This document shows, piece by piece, positions 18,998 through 29,654 of a stretch of DNA of 64,000 bases. The position numbers were made by a program, and so were the translations under genes. The notes beneath the pieces are model-generated. The model was not told where the DNA came from. It searched no databases and was given only the letters and a program-made list of their open reading frames with translations. This DNA comes from a virus (Duplodnaviria > Heunggongvirae > Uroviricota > Caudoviricetes): IMG/VR virus record IMGVR_UViG_2937142334_000003. One strand, 5' to 3'. How positions within the stretch are numbered: the stretch's first letter is position 1; each line of letters begins with the position of its first letter.

Positions 18998-20132
18998 GTT
19001 AGAAAAAGAATTAAAGCCGGGAATTGCCCGTTTTATTGCTCGAGGACGAGCTTCTATTTCAAGCGACACATTCCCTGCACAAACTACTGAATCTAAGTCA
19101 GGTTGGGTATATAAACGAGTAGGCTTCCCAGTTAAGATTGGTGATAGTAATTCTATTTATGTACAAATGATGGGTGGCTACTCAAAGCGTAAGCCGGTTG
19201 TCCATGTATTTAACAAGGATACTAATCAACATATGGAGCTTGATTGGGATTTACGTGATAACGAAGATGCTCTTAAAAATGTTGCCGAATTCTCATTCAT
19301 CAATGTTGCTCTTGAACGCGACGAAAAAGGAAAGTTAATCCGAAAACGTTTCTTATCTGAACTAGATGCTATTAATTACATGAACGAACACTTACATGAC
19401 GGCCAAGAAATTTACGTTAGTGGTAACGTTGAATACCAACGTTACGATGGAAAGATTAGTCGTAGTTTCAATGTCACAAATATTGGCCTGTACGACGGTA
19501 AGGATAATGAGGAAGTAGAAGAAAAGGCGGAAATGCGTCAAACCTACTTGCTAGAAAGTACGGCGTTGCCAAGAGATTGGGAAAAGACATTAAAAGAAAG
19601 AAACGAGATTGTTGTTAATGCCTTTGTCCCACAATACGTTGGTAAGGAAAATGGCAAGGAAATTAAAAAGACGCTTGCTTTCCCACAACAATTTACTATT
19701 CAAACTACAGAAGACAAAGTAGATATGATGACCAAAGCTATCGAAACGCTTTTTAAAGTCAAAAAAGGCGTAGTTCGTGAAATTGGTCTCAAGAATAATA
19801 TTGTTCACGGTTATGAAAAGAGTACGGGTAAGATTCAACGAAGTAAGCAGGTTATGGAATTGATTCAACTTGGTATTATGACCGAAGAACAAATTGAAAA
19901 CGAAGAAACAATTGGTGACCGCAGTGTTGACAAGGTTATTTTCAAGATGCCATTAATGAACGTTGATGGTGAAAAGTCAGATTTCATGTTAGCAGACAAG
20001 TATTCGCCTGAAGCATTGATTGTCGTTGAAGATGATGAAGATATTGAAGAAAATACTAGCGTGTTCAACGAGGACGATAATAAAGATGAAGAAGCCAATG
20101 CAGACGCAATGTTTGGCGGTCTGTTTAAATAA
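18984..20132 (+). CDS. hypothetical protein with acidic C-terminus (possible ssDNA-binding or recombination protein)
   Basis: ORF track. RBS caaggagga. Confidence 0.5.
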   Translation: MPKAKLEKELKPGIARFIARGRASISSDTFPAQTTESKSGWVYKRVGFPVKIGDSNSIYVQMMGGYSKRKPVVHVFNKDTNQHMELDWDLRDNEDALKNVAEFSFINVALERDEKGKLIRKRFLSELDAINYMNEHLHDGQEIYVSGNVEYQRYDGKISRSFNVTNIGLYDGKDNEEVEEKAEMRQTYLLESTALPRDWEKTLKERNEIVVNAFVPQYVGKENGKEIKKTLAFPQQFTIQTTEDKVDMMTKAIETLFKVKKGVVREIGLKNNIVHGYEKSTGKIQRSKQVMELIQLGIMTEEQIENEETIGDRSVDKVIFKMPLMNVDGEKSDFMLADKYSPEALIVVEDDEDIEENTSVFNEDDNKDEEANADAMFGGLFK

Positions 20133-20195
20133 TAGTAAAACTCTCCCATTAGTCACAACAAAAATACGAAAATATATTTAATAAGGGGTTATTGT

Positions 20196-21191
20196 ATGGC
20201 GTTAGATTTGGATATGTTGCGAAAGCCTAATAGCCGAAAAAAAGGCTTAAAGATTTTAGTATATGGTCCGACAGGTGTCGGTAAAACAGTTTTCGGTCTT
20301 TCATTCCCAGAAATCATTGCAATGGATAGTGAAGACGGGTATGCGTGGTACGAAGGAACGGAACGAGCTAAGAATTTATTAGGAATTGTTGATTCTCAAT
20401 CCTTTGATGATTTAGCTAATTTGATTGATGAATTAGACAAAAATGTAGACGACTTCAAGACATTAATTATTGATTCAGAAACTAAGATTTACGAAAACAT
20501 TCAAGAAGCTCTTCAAGAAGTTGAAGAGTCACGAGCAATTCGTAAAGGAAAAGATGTACTTGATGCTAATTTGTCTGTACGTTCATGGGGAAAGATTAAG
20601 CAATTAGCGAGTCGCTTGCAGAACTTAAAACTTAAATTAGCAAGTCAAGGAATTAATATTGTGTCAATTGCTCAGGCTTCAGATGTAATGAAAGATGCAG
20701 GTGGCGGTGTCCGTGTTAAGACTGGCGAGAAGCCGGATATGGCAAAGAAGGCGCCATTCGATTACGACGTGGTTCTTCGATTATTTACTCGTGATAATAA
20801 ATACTTTGGTGTAGTTGAAAAAGACCGTACTGATACCTATGCTCGGGGAGCCGAAATCGAAAATCCTTCGTATGCCAACTGGGCCAAACGCTTAGAAGCA
20901 GATGACAACAAGGGTAATGTTATTGTTAAAGACTTTAGTAAGGATAAGAAAAAGGCCAAGGTCGCATATGAAGAAAGTATTACTTCTGAAATGCCGTTTG
21001 AAGATCAAGTAGCAGATTTCTTATCTTTGTTAGAAGGTCAAGATAAGAAGCAAGAATTTGCTACTAAAGTTAAAGAGATGACTGGAAGCAAGACTTTAAG
21101 CGCATTAACTAAAGAACAGCAGAATAAAGTTATTAAGTATATAAATGAACAAAAGGTGAAAATTTTAGACGAAACACCGGTAGCAGCTTAA
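20196..21191 (+). CDS. AAA/RecA-like ATPase (Sak4-like), putative
   Basis: ILVYGPTGVGKT Walker A and IIDSE Walker-B-like. Confidence 0.5.
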   Translation: MALDLDMLRKPNSRKKGLKILVYGPTGVGKTVFGLSFPEIIAMDSEDGYAWYEGTERAKNLLGIVDSQSFDDLANLIDELDKNVDDFKTLIIDSETKIYENIQEALQEVEESRAIRKGKDVLDANLSVRSWGKIKQLASRLQNLKLKLASQGINIVSIAQASDVMKDAGGGVRVKTGEKPDMAKKAPFDYDVVLRLFTRDNKYFGVVEKDRTDTYARGAEIENPSYANWAKRLEADDNKGNVIVKDFSKDKKKAKVAYEESITSEMPFEDQVADFLSLLEGQDKKQEFATKVKEMTGSKTLSALTKEQQNKVIKYINEQKVKILDETPVAA

Positions 21192-21289
21192 TAACACATA
21201 ACATATTTAATTACGAGGATTTTCCTCGTGTACATAATCATAATTGTGGAAGAAATTAATATCTGAGTGAAATATCAGCCAATATCATT

Positions 21290-22634
21290 AAATGTCGTGA
21301 TAAATATAAGATGGTGCCCGATAAATCTTTGAGAGGGGGTGATACAAACGATAAGAACAGAAAAAGTTAGATTATATCCTAATAGCATAATGAAACAACA
21401 GTTAAAGGATCTTTGTGACTATCGTCGCTATTGTTGGAACAAGGGTTTGGCGCTATGGAACGATATGTATGATGAGTCTGTCTTGCTAGGCAATAAGAAA
21501 TTACGACCCAACGAAAGGAAGGTTCGTAATGAACTTGTAACTAACAAACAAGATTGGCAATATCTATATTCGTCTCGTTGCCTACAATTAGCGATTTCTG
21601 ATCTTGGAAAGGCTTGGGAAAACTTTTTTAATAAAGCGCAATCCGATTGGGGAATACCCAAATTCAAATCTAAAAAAGCTCCTAAACAAGGCTTCAAAAC
21701 TGATCGAGCAAAGATTGTTAATGGGAAGCTGCGATTGGATAAGCCTAGAGGAATTAAAGAATGGTCGGATATTAAGATTGCAGGTGTAAAATCTCTAGAT
21801 GGTGACTTAAAGGTTGTATCAATTTACCGTGAGAACGGCAAATATTGGGCATCACTGCCTTTTGAAGTGACGATTAAGCATAAGCCTAAAACGGAGCAGA
21901 AGACAGCAATTGATGTCAATGTTGGACACTTTAATACTCCAGGTGGTCAAATTACCATTATTCCAAAGCGATTAGATAGGCTTTATAAACGGATTAAGCA
22001 TTACCAACGCCAATTAGCTAAGAAACGAATTGTTAATGGTAAACAAGCATACCAATCAAATAATTACGTTAAAACGAGAGCCAAGTTACAACGTGATTAT
22101 CGTAAAGTAACTAATATTCAGCGTGATATTATTCAAAAGTTTACTACTAAGCTAGTCGATGATTACGATCAAATCGTAATTGAAGATCTGGATGTTAAAC
22201 AAATGCAAATGAGTCATGTCGCTTCTAAGGGTTTACAACGTTCGTTGTTTGGTTACTTTCGCCAAGTTCTTACATACAAATGCGAGTGGTATGGCAAAGA
22301 ATTGATCCTCGCCAATCAGCATTATCCAAGTACGCAACGCTGTTCACAGTGTGGGTACATTAAAACTGGTGAGGATAAGATTACTCTAGCTGGGAATCAG
22401 AAATATCATACTAAGCATAACGAGTACATATGTTATAAGTGTGATGCAGTAATGGATAGAGATGAAAATGCTGTAATGAATTTATTACAGTTAGCATAAA
22501 TAAGAATAAATATTAACGGGGTGGGCTACATCCTTAAACTATCAGAGTTGGTCAATGTCATTACCCTCTAGTTAGGATATGGGAATACCGATGTTGACGG
22601 TAGTAAATAAAATTAAGAAAGGAAAAGCTATATA
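21290..22634 (+). mobile_element. IS607-family tnpB-only element, copy A. Conserved right end 22518..22634.
   Basis: Left-end motif taaatctttgagagggggtga. Right end nearly identical to copies at 30883..30999 and 59826..59935 (reverse complement). Confidence 0.6.
21339..22499 (+). CDS. tnpB: IS607-family TnpB
   Basis: VRLYPN..LCDYRRYCWN. AIDVNVGHFN, IVIEDLDVKQM, CSQCGY...CYKCDAVMDRDENAVMNL. Confidence 0.85.
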   Translation: MIQTIRTEKVRLYPNSIMKQQLKDLCDYRRYCWNKGLALWNDMYDESVLLGNKKLRPNERKVRNELVTNKQDWQYLYSSRCLQLAISDLGKAWENFFNKAQSDWGIPKFKSKKAPKQGFKTDRAKIVNGKLRLDKPRGIKEWSDIKIAGVKSLDGDLKVVSIYRENGKYWASLPFEVTIKHKPKTEQKTAIDVNVGHFNTPGGQITIIPKRLDRLYKRIKHYQRQLAKKRIVNGKQAYQSNNYVKTRAKLQRDYRKVTNIQRDIIQKFTTKLVDDYDQIVIEDLDVKQMQMSHVASKGLQRSLFGYFRQVLTYKCEWYGKELILANQHYPSTQRCSQCGYIKTGEDKITLAGNQKYHTKHNEYICYKCDAVMDRDENAVMNLLQLA

Positions 22635-22674
22635 ATCCTTTTTGAACGTAATCAAATTTAATTAATGATTATAT

Positions 22675-23958
22675 TTGTTCGTATTTTATATAGCAGGTTG
22701 GATTAGTATCGTTACAAAAGAATATAGCTATGTTAATAAAAAAGGTGAACATATTAATGTTACTCACCAACATTTAAATGTAGCTAGTGAAATTAAAGAA
22801 GAGTTGCAAAAAACGTCCCCATCGCGGCGTTGCTCATGGTCTAAGCACAAGAAGATGATGGAACAAGAGGGGTTCTATGATAGTGATACTAACGAAAACT
22901 ATCGTGGACTTATTAAACGTTTTCAAAAAGATTCTGGCCGTTTGAAAGATGCAACTACTCATGCGGACTTGATTGCTGATAATAAGTTGCAAAGTATTCA
23001 GAATGCAATTGGTCAATTGAATAGTAAGAAGTTGGAAACACAAGAACAGGGTCGGGCAATTCGGCGATTAGTTCGTCAAACTAATAAAGACCTGTTGTTC
23101 ATTAATGAAATTAAGTCGGCGTTAGAAAAGACCGATTTTGTTTTAGCAGAAAATCCAGTAATTCTTCCTGACGCTGGGCAGGATACAAATAGCTCAATGA
23201 TTGTTTGTTTATCCGACATTCATTATGGTGCATATGTTGATATGCCAGAAAACTATTATGATACACAAGTGGTTGAAGGTTTATTAATTAAATATGCTGA
23301 TAAAGTCATTAAACTTATCGAAGAAAATAAAGTCTATAGCGTTGATATTGTTAATCTTGGGGACATTGTAGAACATGCTTACATGCGTAACCAGAACTTA
23401 TACGACTCGGAAGAAACTTTGTCTGAACAAATCGTTCATGTAACAAAATTAATCATTGATTTTATTCAACGAATTCGGCAACATGTAGAGCTAATTACTT
23501 ATCGCGGAATTGCTGGGAACCATGATCGTATGCAAGGTGACAAGAATTCTAACTTAAATTCTGATCATGCGGTAAATATTAGCAATCAGATTATTAAGAT
23601 GTGGATTGAATTATCGGGATCAGACGTAGAATTTATTGATTCAGATAGCTATTTTACAGATATTAATGTGCAAGGCTGGAACTTTGCATTTGTACATGGT
23701 GATAGAAACAGTTTGAATAAAAAGACTACATTGGCTGAACTAGGAGAACAATACGATCGTCATTATGATGCTGTCCTTGGAGGACATTTACATCGTTTCT
23801 CAATGTTAGAAGTGGGTGACAATCGTTTCCAAGCAACTTTTGGATCGATCAAAGGAATGGATGAGTACAGCAAAAAAATAAGTGCGAAGTCCAGTCGTTC
23901 TCAAGGTGTTGTTTTGGTTAACCAAAACGAATTTGAAATTCGAAAGGTTAAATTATAA
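22675..23958 (+). CDS. calcineurin-like metallophosphoesterase (SbcD/Mre11-like nuclease candidate). Start uncertain.
   Basis: LSDIHYG, NLGDIVEH, GNHDR, GGHLHR motifs. Confidence 0.6.
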   Translation: MFVFYIAGWISIVTKEYSYVNKKGEHINVTHQHLNVASEIKEELQKTSPSRRCSWSKHKKMMEQEGFYDSDTNENYRGLIKRFQKDSGRLKDATTHADLIADNKLQSIQNAIGQLNSKKLETQEQGRAIRRLVRQTNKDLLFINEIKSALEKTDFVLAENPVILPDAGQDTNSSMIVCLSDIHYGAYVDMPENYYDTQVVEGLLIKYADKVIKLIEENKVYSVDIVNLGDIVEHAYMRNQNLYDSEETLSEQIVHVTKLIIDFIQRIRQHVELITYRGIAGNHDRMQGDKNSNLNSDHAVNISNQIIKMWIELSGSDVEFIDSDSYFTDINVQGWNFAFVHGDRNSLNKKTTLAELGEQYDRHYDAVLGGHLHRFSMLEVGDNRFQATFGSIKGMDEYSKKISAKSSRSQGVVLVNQNEFEIRKVKL

Positions 23959-24572
23959 TGGCTGTTCAAAAGTGCTATTACTGTGCTAATCCATTGAATG
24001 AAGAAGATATGGTAATCAAGCCAATTCCGCTAAAAACTAAGCGAGGGTCTAGGAATTATAAGCGTAAATTCCATATTGACTGTTTGCCTAAGTATCTTAA
24101 AGAACATAAAGACATCAAGTTCAAGGAGCAAGAAAACAGTGATTGGGATCAAGTTTATCGGTATTTCAAGTCAGAAATATTAAATCTTCCCGCTGGCGCC
24201 AACTTATCAAAATATTGCGTTGAACGTCTATTAGGATTGAGAGTGGGAAAATTTAGACCCTCAAGTACAAATGTGCGTGGAAATAAGCAAGGATACTCGT
24301 TCAAAACAATCTATTATACGCTGTTATATTCTTATGACGCCATAAAAAAAGCGCAGAAAACAGTCGATTTTAACAACGAAGAACATGAAGTTAATTACAT
24401 CATGAAAATCGTGACAGGAAATATTAATTTTATCCAGAGAAGATTAGATGCCTTAGATAAAGAGCGGAAAAAAGTAGAGAAAATTAGTAAAGAAGAAGAG
24501 AAGAAGATCGAACAGCCTACAGTCGCTTACAAGCGCAAAGGCTCTGGGAGACGGAAGGTTGATTTTATTTAA
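23958..24572 (+). CDS. hypothetical protein with N-terminal Cys cluster
   Basis: ORF track. ATGA overlap with upstream gene. Confidence 0.5.
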   Translation: MAVQKCYYCANPLNEEDMVIKPIPLKTKRGSRNYKRKFHIDCLPKYLKEHKDIKFKEQENSDWDQVYRYFKSEILNLPAGANLSKYCVERLLGLRVGKFRPSSTNVRGNKQGYSFKTIYYTLLYSYDAIKKAQKTVDFNNEEHEVNYIMKIVTGNINFIQRRLDALDKERKKVEKISKEEEKKIEQPTVAYKRKGSGRRKVDFI

Positions 24573-24862
24573 TGAAAGATAAACACATGTGGGTAGACCA
24601 AAAAATCGAAGAGCATAAACATGTATTAATGGCCTCATTTGGTTTTCAAGGTCTATTGAAATCAAGATTAAAGCTTCCATTGATTCTAAAGATTATAAGA
24701 GAAATGCCAGGGAGCGCAATTGAAAATGTAACAATCTTTTTTGATGAATTACGTGAGCATTATCTTGCTGATTCTCAATTCAAACAGTTTAGATTAAGCG
24801 AAGTTGATAGATTTATTTCAGAAGAGAAAAGTTTGGTAGGGTTGAAAGTTATTAATAATTAG
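24572..24862 (+). CDS. hypothetical protein
   Basis: ORF track. Confidence 0.45.
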   Translation: MKDKHMWVDQKIEEHKHVLMASFGFQGLLKSRLKLPLILKIIREMPGSAIENVTIFFDELREHYLADSQFKQFRLSEVDRFISEEKSLVGLKVINN

Positions 24863-24874
24863 GGGGTTCGGCGA

Positions 24875-26359
24875 TTGGTAGAAAAGGTAAAACAAGAAAA
24901 TACCATTATAAAATCTGACTTTTATAAAGAGCTGAAAACTCAAAGAGGTATCATCGAGAGTCAATTAATTTTTTCCCTTTACGGTGATACAAATTACTTT
25001 TTTGATTACCCTGTAAATCCAAACGATATTTCTAATTCGATGTGGCGTTTCTACTATCATATGCTGAAAGAGATGGTCGAGGATCGTGGGCTTAAAACTT
25101 TGGATGCAGTATCCGTAGGTGCCTACGTAAATTCCAAAGAAGAGAAAATTCAAAAAGCATATTCAGAAGCTGGTGGTTACGAAACCATTGAAAAGGGTAT
25201 TGCCATTGTTGAAAAAGAAAATGTCGATAGTTATTACAATGAATTGCAACGTTATAAAACGTTAATGAAACTGACTGAGATGGGATTTCCTATTAAGCAG
25301 AACTGGGATAAATACCAGGAAATGGACTTGGAAACCCTCAATGAAGTATTAGAAGGTCTTATAGCAGAGGCATTTGTAGATTCTCAATTTGGAAATGACC
25401 GAGTTGAAGAAATGTTTGATGATGTTGATGAAATGCTTAAAGAGGCTGATGAGGGTATTGCACAAGGACTACCATTAGGAAGTCCATTAATGGATTCAAT
25501 TCAAAACGGGTTAGCCCTAGGAAATATTACAATGTTAGCTGCCAATTCGGGGGTAGGGAAGACGTTTCTCACTACCCTTTTGCATATTCAAAGTTCAATT
25601 AATAACGAGGAACCTGTCTTAATTATCGCTAACGAAGAAGAAAAAAGTCGATATGTTCAAGGATTACTAACAGCTTATATTAACGCTCGCCATAAGGAGG
25701 CCATGTTTAACAAGAATAGGTTCTTACGAGGTAGTTTTACCGATGAAGAATGGGAATATTTAAACGAGGCCAAAGAATGGTATTTGAGAAAGGTGTCAGA
25801 AGGTCTAGTTCGTTTTGTTAATATGAATGAGTTTAGTATGGCAAAGACAATTCGACTTATTAAGAAGTATGCTCGATTATATGATGTACGGTATTTTATC
25901 CTTGATACATTGAAATTGGATAACGATACATATAGTCGGGTTAACGATAGTTCCTGGCTACAATTACAACAGAATATGGTGAAGCTATATAACGTGATTA
26001 AGCCTAGTAATTTGAACGTCCATGTTTGGGTTACTACGCAGATGACCAAAACTAATCGACGAGCACGTTATTTGGATCAAAGCATGATTGGAATGGCGAA
26101 GAATATTACCGACGTAGTATCGTCATTGATTTTAGTACGTATGGCCTCTCAATCAGAGGTGAGTGGGAAGAATGCTATTAAGGTAGTTAACTCAAGGGGA
26201 CACTCAGAAATGTTAGACGAAGATAATGATTACATGATTGTTTTCTGGGATAAAAACCGACAAGGTCAGACTAATCGACAGGTTGTTCTGGAGGTTGATC
26301 GTGGACTTAATCTTATTCGTGATGTTGGAAAAACACAAATTAATAATGATTTAGAATAA
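24875..26359 (+). CDS. DnaB-like replicative DNA helicase, putative
   Basis: AANSGVGKTFL Walker A and ILDTLKL (DnaB IDYLQL-like). Confidence 0.5.
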   Translation: MVEKVKQENTIIKSDFYKELKTQRGIIESQLIFSLYGDTNYFFDYPVNPNDISNSMWRFYYHMLKEMVEDRGLKTLDAVSVGAYVNSKEEKIQKAYSEAGGYETIEKGIAIVEKENVDSYYNELQRYKTLMKLTEMGFPIKQNWDKYQEMDLETLNEVLEGLIAEAFVDSQFGNDRVEEMFDDVDEMLKEADEGIAQGLPLGSPLMDSIQNGLALGNITMLAANSGVGKTFLTTLLHIQSSINNEEPVLIIANEEEKSRYVQGLLTAYINARHKEAMFNKNRFLRGSFTDEEWEYLNEAKEWYLRKVSEGLVRFVNMNEFSMAKTIRLIKKYARLYDVRYFILDTLKLDNDTYSRVNDSSWLQLQQNMVKLYNVIKPSNLNVHVWVTTQMTKTNRRARYLDQSMIGMAKNITDVVSSLILVRMASQSEVSGKNAIKVVNSRGHSEMLDEDNDYMIVFWDKNRQGQTNRQVVLEVDRGLNLIRDVGKTQINNDLE

Positions 26360-26491
26360 TTTATTTTTCTAGTGTCATGGACTTGGGTTATATGATATTA
26401 TGTATATTGTTAAACACAACAAAAATATTTTATATTGATTTTAGATAAAAACACAAGAAAATAATATTTTAGTTTAGAGAGGCTGGAAGGC

Positions 26492-27019
26492 ATGAAGCAA
26501 ACATACTCAGACGAATTTTACAATCATTTGTACCGTTTGGAATCGTATAACAAGATTGGCGAGAGCTGGTCACGAAAAGCTGACAAAAATAACCCGGATT
26601 TAATTTGGATACGCAATTATATTAAAGAAAATAATTTATTTGACGAATATAGTCATGATCGGCTAGAAAGAATGCTTAACAATTGCATTAGTCGTGGACT
26701 GGTTACGATTAAAGAAATTGCCGATGACTTAGAATTATCGGTACGTAAGATGCACAATCTATTAGTCAAGTATGACTTGCTAAGAAAACAACGTCTTGCG
26801 TACTATGCGAAAGTCGGTTATGTGATTACTGATAAGAATAATGATAATCCGGTATTCGTTAAGAGTATTTCTCATGGCTTAAGAGTTGCACCTGAACTAA
26901 GTAGACGGTCATTCGTTAATCTTGAAGGTCATAGAGTGATGCGAAACGGTCGTCATTTATATAAGACTGATGTCTGGAAGAAACAACACCCTGAATTCAA
27001 TCTTGAGGAGGTAGCGTAA
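26492..27019 (+). CDS. hypothetical protein
   Basis: ORF track. Confidence 0.5.
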   Translation: MKQTYSDEFYNHLYRLESYNKIGESWSRKADKNNPDLIWIRNYIKENNLFDEYSHDRLERMLNNCISRGLVTIKEIADDLELSVRKMHNLLVKYDLLRKQRLAYYAKVGYVITDKNNDNPVFVKSISHGLRVAPELSRRSFVNLEGHRVMRNGRHLYKTDVWKKQHPEFNLEEVA

Positions 27020-27022
27020 TCT

Positions 27023-27328
27023 ATGGAAGTGTCCAAGAAGCCATTTACTTTTACGTTAAAAAACGACTTCAACATGACTGGTTTTTTACTAAAAGCAAAA
27101 CCTGATGAAGCATTTAGAACTAAGACTGAATTATCAAAAGAACTAGTTCGTACAAACACAACTTCTAATGTGAAGTTAAAAGATAATATTGATTTAACGC
27201 AAGAAGATGTAGAAAAGCTTATTGAGGCTGGCCGTAAGACTCTGATTTATTATGAAGCAAATAATAGATTAGATGCATATAATTATCCCGACGAATTCGA
27301 ATTACTTGATCTGGTGGTGAAATATTAA
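27023..27328 (+). CDS. hypothetical protein
   Basis: ORF track. Confidence 0.45.
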   Translation: MEVSKKPFTFTLKNDFNMTGFLLKAKPDEAFRTKTELSKELVRTNTTSNVKLKDNIDLTQEDVEKLIEAGRKTLIYYEANNRLDAYNYPDEFELLDLVVKY

Positions 27329-29598
27329 TGGCCGAAATAGAAATTGTAGGTTCGATTCAGCGCATAAGGTTTGCCGCCAACGATTCATTATTCAAAATTG
27401 CTACGATGAGGGTGTCAGAGGTACGAGAAGGGAATATTGTTAAAAATTCTTTTGGCGATGTAGTGTTCAAGGGTGAGATGTCACTCATTCCTCAGAACGA
27501 ATATATTATTCGCGGTGAATTTATTAACGATGAAAAATATGGCCCGCAATATCAATACATTAGCAGCAAGCGTCGAGATCCAATTGAAGGTATGTCTCGA
27601 GAAGACTTCCGGCAATTCCTTACTGATATCTCCCCCAAAGGGGTACTTGTTAATGCTCAGTTTGATGATCCTCGACCTATTTTTCAAGAGCATAGGGTAA
27701 AAGAATTGATGGCTATCAAGGGCATTGGACCTGTTAGTGCCGACAAGTTGATTAACGCCTATGAAGAGCAAAAAGATTATAGCGAAGCCTACGTTGCTTT
27801 TGGTAAGTGGGGCTTTAACCCTAATATGACACGAAAATTAGTACGCCACGTTCACTCAGTGGAAGGTGCTATTGAACTACTTAATAAAGATCCTTATGAG
27901 TTTATGGATGTTCCAGGAGTAGGTTTTAAGACTATAGACGAAAAGGCGCTTAATTTTGGTATTCAATCTAATGATCCACGTCGTGTCCATGCTTTCGTAA
28001 AGGATTACTTTGATAAGTTAGCTATGGATGGAAGTTCCTGGACTAAAGAAATAGATTTGATGAAATATCTTCGCCAAGAAGTGTTTGATTGTGACGTTGA
28101 AGAGACACTTCAATGGATTAACGACAGTGACGAATTTGTTGCTTATGAAGTTGATTACGTAAGGCGAGTGGCTACTAAGCGTTTGTATAACACCGAAAAA
28201 TCTATTGCAAAGAATCTATTGAGATTACTTCACTCTGAAAATAAATTTGAGTATAAAGAGCGCGATAAAATTATCGACAGAATTCAAGAAGAACAAGGTT
28301 GGAAATACTCAGACGAACAGACCGAAGCAATTAATATGATGCTTGATAAAAATGTATCAATGTTACAGGGATTAGCCGGTACAGGTAAATCTACCGCCTT
28401 AAATGCCGTGATTAAAGTATTACAGGAGAATGACTACCAGGTAGCTACCTGTGCATTGTCTGGGAAGGCAGCTGATAATCTTACTCAATTAACAGGTAAA
28501 CGAGGACAGACTATTCACCGTTTGCTTGGAATCGGTGATCCATTTGGCGGTTTTGAACATGAAGAAAATCCATTGCCAGTTGATGTGGTTATCTTAGATG
28601 AGGTGTCAATGGTTAATGATAGCTTATTTGAGGCGCTAGTTAATGCTTTGGGCGATGGTACTAAATTTATTATGGTCGGTGATATCGCTCAATTAGATTC
28701 TATTGGTGTTGGGGTTATGAGAGATATTATTTCTTCTAAAATTGTCCCTACTGTTTCTTTGACTAAGATTCATCGTCAAGCACAGGATTCAGCAATTATT
28801 ACTCATTCATTACAATATCGAATGGGCAAGATGCCTGAGGTTAGCCCGAAAGATAGTTGGACAATGCTAGGTAATAAGAACGATCTAGGCTATGTGTTTG
28901 AAGATTCGGCAGAAGAAGAGAAGCTAAACACAGATGCTTATAGGATTTTTGCCCAGGCGTTAAATAAGTATGATGTTAGCAATATTCAAATACTCACTCA
29001 GACAGTTAGTGGTTGTACTCGTATTAATGACTTAGCACAAACAATTGCTAACCCGAAAAGTCCTACTAAGAACCAATATAAGGTCAAAGCTAACAGTGCT
29101 GATGCTTATATTCTACGTGAAGGCGATAAAGTGCTTAACACGTCAAATAACTATCGGGCAACAGCAGCAGAGAATCATCAAATGTATCGACCAATTTTCA
29201 ACGGAAACACAGGAATTATCGAAAGTATCGATCTTGAATTTAATAGCAAGGGTGGCATTAGTCATGTTGAGGCTATTATTGATTTCGACGGGGTCGGTAA
29301 AGTATTTCTTAGAGATAAAGAACTTGAGACTATCCAACTAGGGTACGCGATGACAGTTCATAAGTCCCAAGGGTCTACTATTCCATGTGTGATTGTGGTG
29401 TTGCCATTCCATTACATGCTAAATAATCGGGAATTATTATATACGGCTTTGACCCGAGCTAGTGAGCTTTGTTTCTTGCTTACATCAACAAAGTCACTTA
29501 AATCAACTGTTAAAAAAACTGGTGAGACTGTTCACCGTAGCAATTTAGGATTGTTATTAAAGAGGGAGGAATTAATTGCTCCCAAAAACGTAGAATAA
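27328..29598 (+). CDS. RecD2-like ATP-dependent DNA helicase (SF1, with HhH region)
   Basis: LAGTGKST, VVILDEVSMV, MVGDIAQL, HKSQGST, plus GIGPVSADKLINAY HhH. Confidence 0.7.
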   Translation: MAEIEIVGSIQRIRFAANDSLFKIATMRVSEVREGNIVKNSFGDVVFKGEMSLIPQNEYIIRGEFINDEKYGPQYQYISSKRRDPIEGMSREDFRQFLTDISPKGVLVNAQFDDPRPIFQEHRVKELMAIKGIGPVSADKLINAYEEQKDYSEAYVAFGKWGFNPNMTRKLVRHVHSVEGAIELLNKDPYEFMDVPGVGFKTIDEKALNFGIQSNDPRRVHAFVKDYFDKLAMDGSSWTKEIDLMKYLRQEVFDCDVEETLQWINDSDEFVAYEVDYVRRVATKRLYNTEKSIAKNLLRLLHSENKFEYKERDKIIDRIQEEQGWKYSDEQTEAINMMLDKNVSMLQGLAGTGKSTALNAVIKVLQENDYQVATCALSGKAADNLTQLTGKRGQTIHRLLGIGDPFGGFEHEENPLPVDVVILDEVSMVNDSLFEALVNALGDGTKFIMVGDIAQLDSIGVGVMRDIISSKIVPTVSLTKIHRQAQDSAIITHSLQYRMGKMPEVSPKDSWTMLGNKNDLGYVFEDSAEEEKLNTDAYRIFAQALNKYDVSNIQILTQTVSGCTRINDLAQTIANPKSPTKNQYKVKANSADAYILREGDKVLNTSNNYRATAAENHQMYRPIFNGNTGIIESIDLEFNSKGGISHVEAIIDFDGVGKVFLRDKELETIQLGYAMTVHKSQGSTIPCVIVVLPFHYMLNNRELLYTALTRASELCFLLTSTKSLKSTVKKTGETVHRSNLGLLLKREELIAPKNVE

Positions 29599-29654
29599 TA
29601 TCTACGAGAAAACAAAATATGGAGTAGATATTGTGACCATAGTTGAACCAAAAT

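Noticed and set aside
16771-20149. Antisense ORFs 16771..17214, 18487..18795, 19590..19892, 19865..20149
   Set aside because: Antisense to longer RBS-supported genes. Low-complexity Ser/Leu-rich products.
21428-21697. Antisense ORFs inside tnpB copies (21428..21697, 29789..30178, 60667..60891)
   Set aside because: They are conserved only because the sense tnpB is conserved. They share an identical DNA patch. No independent start or RBS signal.
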